Of a stretch of DNA of 64,000 bases, positions 61,501 through 64,000 are shown in pieces. Positions within the stretch are counted from its first letter, which is position 1. Each line of letters opens with the position of its first letter. Below the pieces are notes generated by a model. The model was not told where the DNA came from, did not search any database, and worked only from the letters and a program-made list of their open reading frames with translations. Source of the stretch: an uncultured bacterium (GTDB lineage Bacteria; Patescibacteriota; Saccharimonadia; UBA4664; SCTI01); the NCBI GenBank assembly GCA_963721685.1, contig CAVRJJ010000005.1:103943-167942 (forward strand), given 5' to 3'. Position numbers and translations under genes: made by a program.

Positions 61501-62268
61501 AACGCGGACAAAGAAAGTGATGCCCTAATTTATTGGGTAAGTATTGTGTCCAAAAAAGATGCCAGGTACGCCGCTTATAACGAGGCGATCGAAGAAGTCG
61601 CGGAAAGCGAAAATATCTCGGTAATTACCCCCAAGGACATTAGCCTGAACGCCGATAAAATCCATCCGACACCGGAAGGATATAAAAAGTACGCCCAAGC
61701 CATTGCCGGCGCGGTTGACGCCGACGGTTTAGGTGACGCGGCCAAGCCCGACTGTGGCAACCCGGATGACGCGGTTATTGCCGGCGACGCCCAAGAGATA
61801 GCGGGAAAGCTAAAAGAACTAATGGGCGGAAGCTCGCCGAAGGTGCTTGGCGACAGCCGTTACCTTAAGCAAATTACCAATATTGCTGACGGCAAAGCTG
61901 GCTGCAATGTTGACGAGGCCATCCTTAAGTTGATATATGGCATGACTACTAAAGGCTACCAAGTGAGCATTTCCTCCTTAAACCGCTTTTGCACAAAGGT
62001 GCTGACCGCCTCTGGCGAGGGAAGCAACCACTATAGAAATGGCGGCGGCCACGCGGTGGACTTTCAGGCGGTAAACGGGCAGGCGGTAAATGGCGGGAGC
62101 GCCTTATCGATCAAGTTTATTAAGGATATGGAAGATTTTATGCTAGACGGGACTGAGCTGGGGCAAGTAAACTGCCGCTCGGAACAATTAAGCTTCAGCA
62201 AAAAAGTAAGCCAGGTAAACGACTCTTGCAACCACATTCATGTCGGCTTTGAGCGAGGAGCAGAATAG
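58528..62268 (+). CDS. 1246-aa membrane-anchored multidomain cell-wall hydrolase: acidic disordered N-terminus, one TM, SGNH/GDSL esterase domain (~61190-61700), C-terminal M15-like zinc-peptidase-like region
   Basis: SGNH blocks read directly: IVLIGDSLLTG, ASNGRS, ELGTNT, DKIHPTPEGY; C-terminus SNHYRNGGGHAVDF...NHIHVGF resembles M15/VanY His-Asp-His pattern (weak). Confidence 0.6.
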   Translation: MQPTLSPQDDEELDNPVDDHDALGEEDNAPYSDLPRSHQPASSRFQDDAQRGLDDIPVQDPAHRSNRPGDGTARASDGSPLPGGPASEVSSTKKGGVSDEDGPEGEEGEKPKPKTSAYKKYKRYKLAKNTAKAMLGSRRAIFGLIFSGSIIGLLIGGFFLLAPFKLMFMKENIDQVRMARMYYILDRRSDRFLVTMLKAEIAGEDAGGQNRYFIAKGWVGSENPFTQWYKDMRTDKFFEQMERTQGVRFIREKPAGGGKDRLVKLNVRGEIIDFSAITNDGGMVFEDTERFERLVDTRYASNKEARRAWNGAVKDATKRHQIIMRYTMRKWGRERLGITKWRFFENTREKADDKVRATWNKSVRKAAISGKAIRCLFDVGPCPDSDSLNDSDNATGAPDPEFEQAANEADAEAEQDSTPENPNDPSKSTRLFAKKIVLKLIPFVNIAEIIDLAMHVDKMFEEKKLSKMVAAYRAAEYASAYFTFSTLTDNLKAGKDVSGPEAGAALAMFNGMENSDGYLQVTKNSSSTAFLPSLNKAYAADSNPIDRVDDSFRVNGSSNASKFEALYEKTVGKILRPILRECDGLINFCTIASKISGVIGSVIETILKPLVAVAAPVGGFLFSAVAGQSPQEAMQGVMADATVFMAGSSKCSTKSVKEQEKTGRGGGRLFNCVDGGASVITEAVTQNMGGGPATTVTINELNANIAQAKREEDTGRSLWDKIASLERGDSLVAKLIMRGPSSGKELAANFQGMLAYINPVNLLDAGGASIVALSSQPSYADILDDNMYGVARYAVSEEDLAKEPYGSKSKAECDKEMAEYKTAMEAGGSPPTSMCTLDSEVANSLACLNSEDPDCARVGEQAMTPCLAEQSTVTSLTGQAPVDAPGQNRKIVLIGDSLLTGADETGDLGGRLEAKGFNGVDIVIEASNGRSITGAGTSGSRLSGEEAVEQLGEPGGAIDGASVVVVELGTNTSGTPAQFKAQVRKLVESIKNADKESDALIYWVSIVSKKDARYAAYNEAIEEVAESENISVITPKDISLNADKIHPTPEGYKKYAQAIAGAVDADGLGDAAKPDCGNPDDAVIAGDAQEIAGKLKELMGGSSPKVLGDSRYLKQITNIADGKAGCNVDEAILKLIYGMTTKGYQVSISSLNRFCTKVLTASGEGSNHYRNGGGHAVDFQAVNGQAVNGGSALSIKFIKDMEDFMLDGTELGQVNCRSEQLSFSKKVSQVNDSCNHIHVGFERGAE

Positions 62269-62282
62269 TGGGTGGGCTTAAG

Positions 62283-64000
62283 ATGGTGGCGCCCCCCACG
62301 AGGGTCCACGGCTGGCGCTACGGCCTGTGCTGGGCGCTCATTATAGCGCTTAGCATGCTGGTGCCGGCGCAAGCGCTGGCCATCAGCAAGGCCGACAAAG
62401 AAGCCGTGCTGTATGACACCCCGTACTACGACCCCACCCAATGCCAGGAAGCTCCGGCGCAAGACCTAACCACCGACCCCAAAGGCTCAAGCTCCCAAGA
62501 GAAAGCCTTTGATTTTTACAAGAAACAGGGCGTAAGCGCTGAAGCGGCGGCCGGGATTGTTGGCAACCTTATTGTAGAGTCGGGCGCCAAGCTCAACACT
62601 AGGGCAACCAACGGTAGCCACTGGGGCATAGTGCAGTGGGATGCCGGCCGCTATGCCAAGATGCAAAAATACGCCAAAGACAACAACATGAGCGAATTCA
62701 ACCTGATCGCGCAACTGGAATATTCCTGGATAGAGGCAAAACAAAGGAATGTTCCCGAAGCCATGCGTTCGGCCGACACCCCTGAAAAAGCCGCCGTGGT
62801 GTGGGAAAATCTAGTTGAAAACTGCGGCTGCACCATAGACAAGCGCAAAACCGAAGCCGCGAAGGTGTTTAAAAAATATGGTCGATCTGCCGCGCCTGAC
62901 GACGATGCCGACACCGGTTCCAGCGTTGACCCCATTAACCCACGCTTAAGCTTGGCGGAGGTAGCTAATAAACACAGCCTACATTCAGCAATTATCAAAG
63001 AACTTGATGGCGACACCATAGGAAAATATAAAGCCACTACCGCGCCCAATGCCCCGGGCAGCACAATGAAGCTCATAATTGTAGATGTTGTTTTACAAGA
63101 CGAGCTGAGCCTAAATAAAACCCTTCGCGTATCAAGCGAGTTGCATTACGGCGGGGACAACGACCTGGGCGGCAACACCATATCGGTTCGTGACGCGATC
63201 AAAGCCACTCTTGGAGCCTCCAGTAATGTCGGGGCAAATGTTTTAATAAAAGCGCTGGGTGGCGTAGACGCGTTTAGCACAAAGGCCCATAAATACGGCT
63301 ACACAAAAACCACTATGGAAGAGTATTATCAGCCCGGTCCTGACAACAATACCAGCACGATTCGCGACCAGGCCGAAGCTATGAGCCGGATTTTTGACGA
63401 AACCGGCGAGGGCTACAAAATTGCGCAGAAGGCCTTGCAGGACGCCGCCAACGGAGAGGGCAACCACTTTAATGTTGAGGGAGTGATTGCCACTAAAGGG
63501 GCGTGGACCGACGAGGTGGCGGGCAATGTTGGTAAGTTTAAAATCAGCAACAAGGATTATATAATTGGCTTGTACTACGAGGGTAATTCATCCTCGGAAG
63601 CGGCCAAAAAGGCTATCCGTGAGGGGTCGGCCGACTTGGTCAAGCTAATTAAGACAGGGATACCCTCGAGCGCGGACAGCATAATCGCCAGCTGCTGCCC
63701 GAACGTAGCCACCGACGGCACTCCGGGAAACTCCAACGGTTCGGATGCCGGGGTGTGGAGCAGCGGCCTTAGCGCTCCCTTTATTGTGGAACAATACGCG
63801 ATTGAGGTGCTGAAGAACTTAGCAAAAAAGAAGGGGGTTGAGGAATCGAAGGCTGTTACCAAAGAGCACGTGCTCGCGCTGGTTACCTGGGTGCTTCTAG
63901 AGGGCGGTGATATCGCAAACGACGGCCGCTTTAACCTGTACAATACCGGCAAATCAGCGCCCGAGCTTAACGACGGCGCGCACACCGCTAACGGGCTTGG
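62283..64000 (+). CDS. secreted protein, partial (no stop in window): phage-tail-lysozyme-like domain plus class-A beta-lactamase/PBP-like serine hydrolase domain (SxxK, SxN, KTG)
   Basis: Own translation from ATG 62283: signal MVAPPTRVHGWRYGLCWALIIALSMLVPAQALA; AAAGIVGNLIVESG motif; STMK (63067-63078), SSN, KTG motifs; absent from ORF track. Confidence 0.6.
   Translation, partial: MVAPPTRVHGWRYGLCWALIIALSMLVPAQALAISKADKEAVLYDTPYYDPTQCQEAPAQDLTTDPKGSSSQEKAFDFYKKQGVSAEAAAGIVGNLIVESGAKLNTRATNGSHWGIVQWDAGRYAKMQKYAKDNNMSEFNLIAQLEYSWIEAKQRNVPEAMRSADTPEKAAVVWENLVENCGCTIDKRKTEAAKVFKKYGRSAAPDDDADTGSSVDPINPRLSLAEVANKHSLHSAIIKELDGDTIGKYKATTAPNAPGSTMKLIIVDVVLQDELSLNKTLRVSSELHYGGDNDLGGNTISVRDAIKATLGASSNVGANVLIKALGGVDAFSTKAHKYGYTKTTMEEYYQPGPDNNTSTIRDQAEAMSRIFDETGEGYKIAQKALQDAANGEGNHFNVEGVIATKGAWTDEVAGNVGKFKISNKDYIIGLYYEGNSSSEAAKKAIREGSADLVKLIKTGIPSSADSIIASCCPNVATDGTPGNSNGSDAGVWSSGLSAPFIVEQYAIEVLKNLAKKKGVEESKAVTKEHVLALVTWVLLEGGDIANDGRFNLYNTGKSAPELNDGAHTANGL

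Noticed and set aside
59160-61511. Minus-strand ORFs (85-190 aa) inside the 1246-aa hydrolase gene
   Set aside because: Antisense to a well-supported long CDS; no independent signals.

Overview
The window is a ~48-50% GC, gene-dense bacterial chromosome segment with a monoderm/small-genome character (FemAB paralogs, ComFC, Hsp20, multi-component conjugation-like T4SS). A CPR/Saccharibacteria-like origin is possible but is inference only. The housekeeping backbone on the minus strand is rpsT, holA-like, fpg, polA, coaE-like, rpoD, dnaG, a complete F1Fo ATP synthase operon (atpBEFHAGDC), groES/groEL, cmk, a Mur ligase, two FemAB-family genes, then tsaD and valS on the plus strand. Eight tRNAs or tRNA-like elements are present (four tRNA-Ser isoacceptors, one tRNA-Arg, one degenerate tRNA-like). 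Three kinds of accessory structure interrupt this backbone. (1) The 3' ~16 kb (48.6-64 kb) is a type IV secretion locus: eight tandem, divergent VirB2/TrbC-like pilin paralogs on the minus strand, followed on the plus strand by VirB6-like, VirB3-like, VirB4 (N-domain ORF plus ATPase ORF), a 1246-aa SGNH-esterase/M15-like hydrolase, and a partial ORF running off the window that fuses a lysozyme-like domain to a beta-lactamase/PBP-like serine-hydrolase domain (not in the ORF track). (2) Visibly higher-GC (~60%, not computed) cassettes at 4.1-4.6, 23.5-24.0, 25.2-29.5 and 42.4-46.2 kb encode small secreted, Cys-rich or acidic proteins with AGGAGG ribosome-binding sites. Several carry a conserved ~100-nt 5' element (TTGACA box plus GTAACCCGAGCAAAA hairpin). 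Two secreted paralogs share nucleotide-identical 3' ends. (3) Two tRNA-associated integration hotspots: a tRNA-Arg-adjacent array of four cassettes (vapBC, hicAB, two unknowns) separated by ~60-bp repeats that are degenerate copies of the tRNA 3' end, and a degenerate tRNA-like gene with duplicated 3' fragments flanking an AT-rich asparaginase-like cassette. Essential genes (polA x3, fpg, cmk x2, groES) carry single-nucleotide +1 insertions that break frame. This most likely reflects indel errors in the assembly, which should be kept in mind for every ORF call here.
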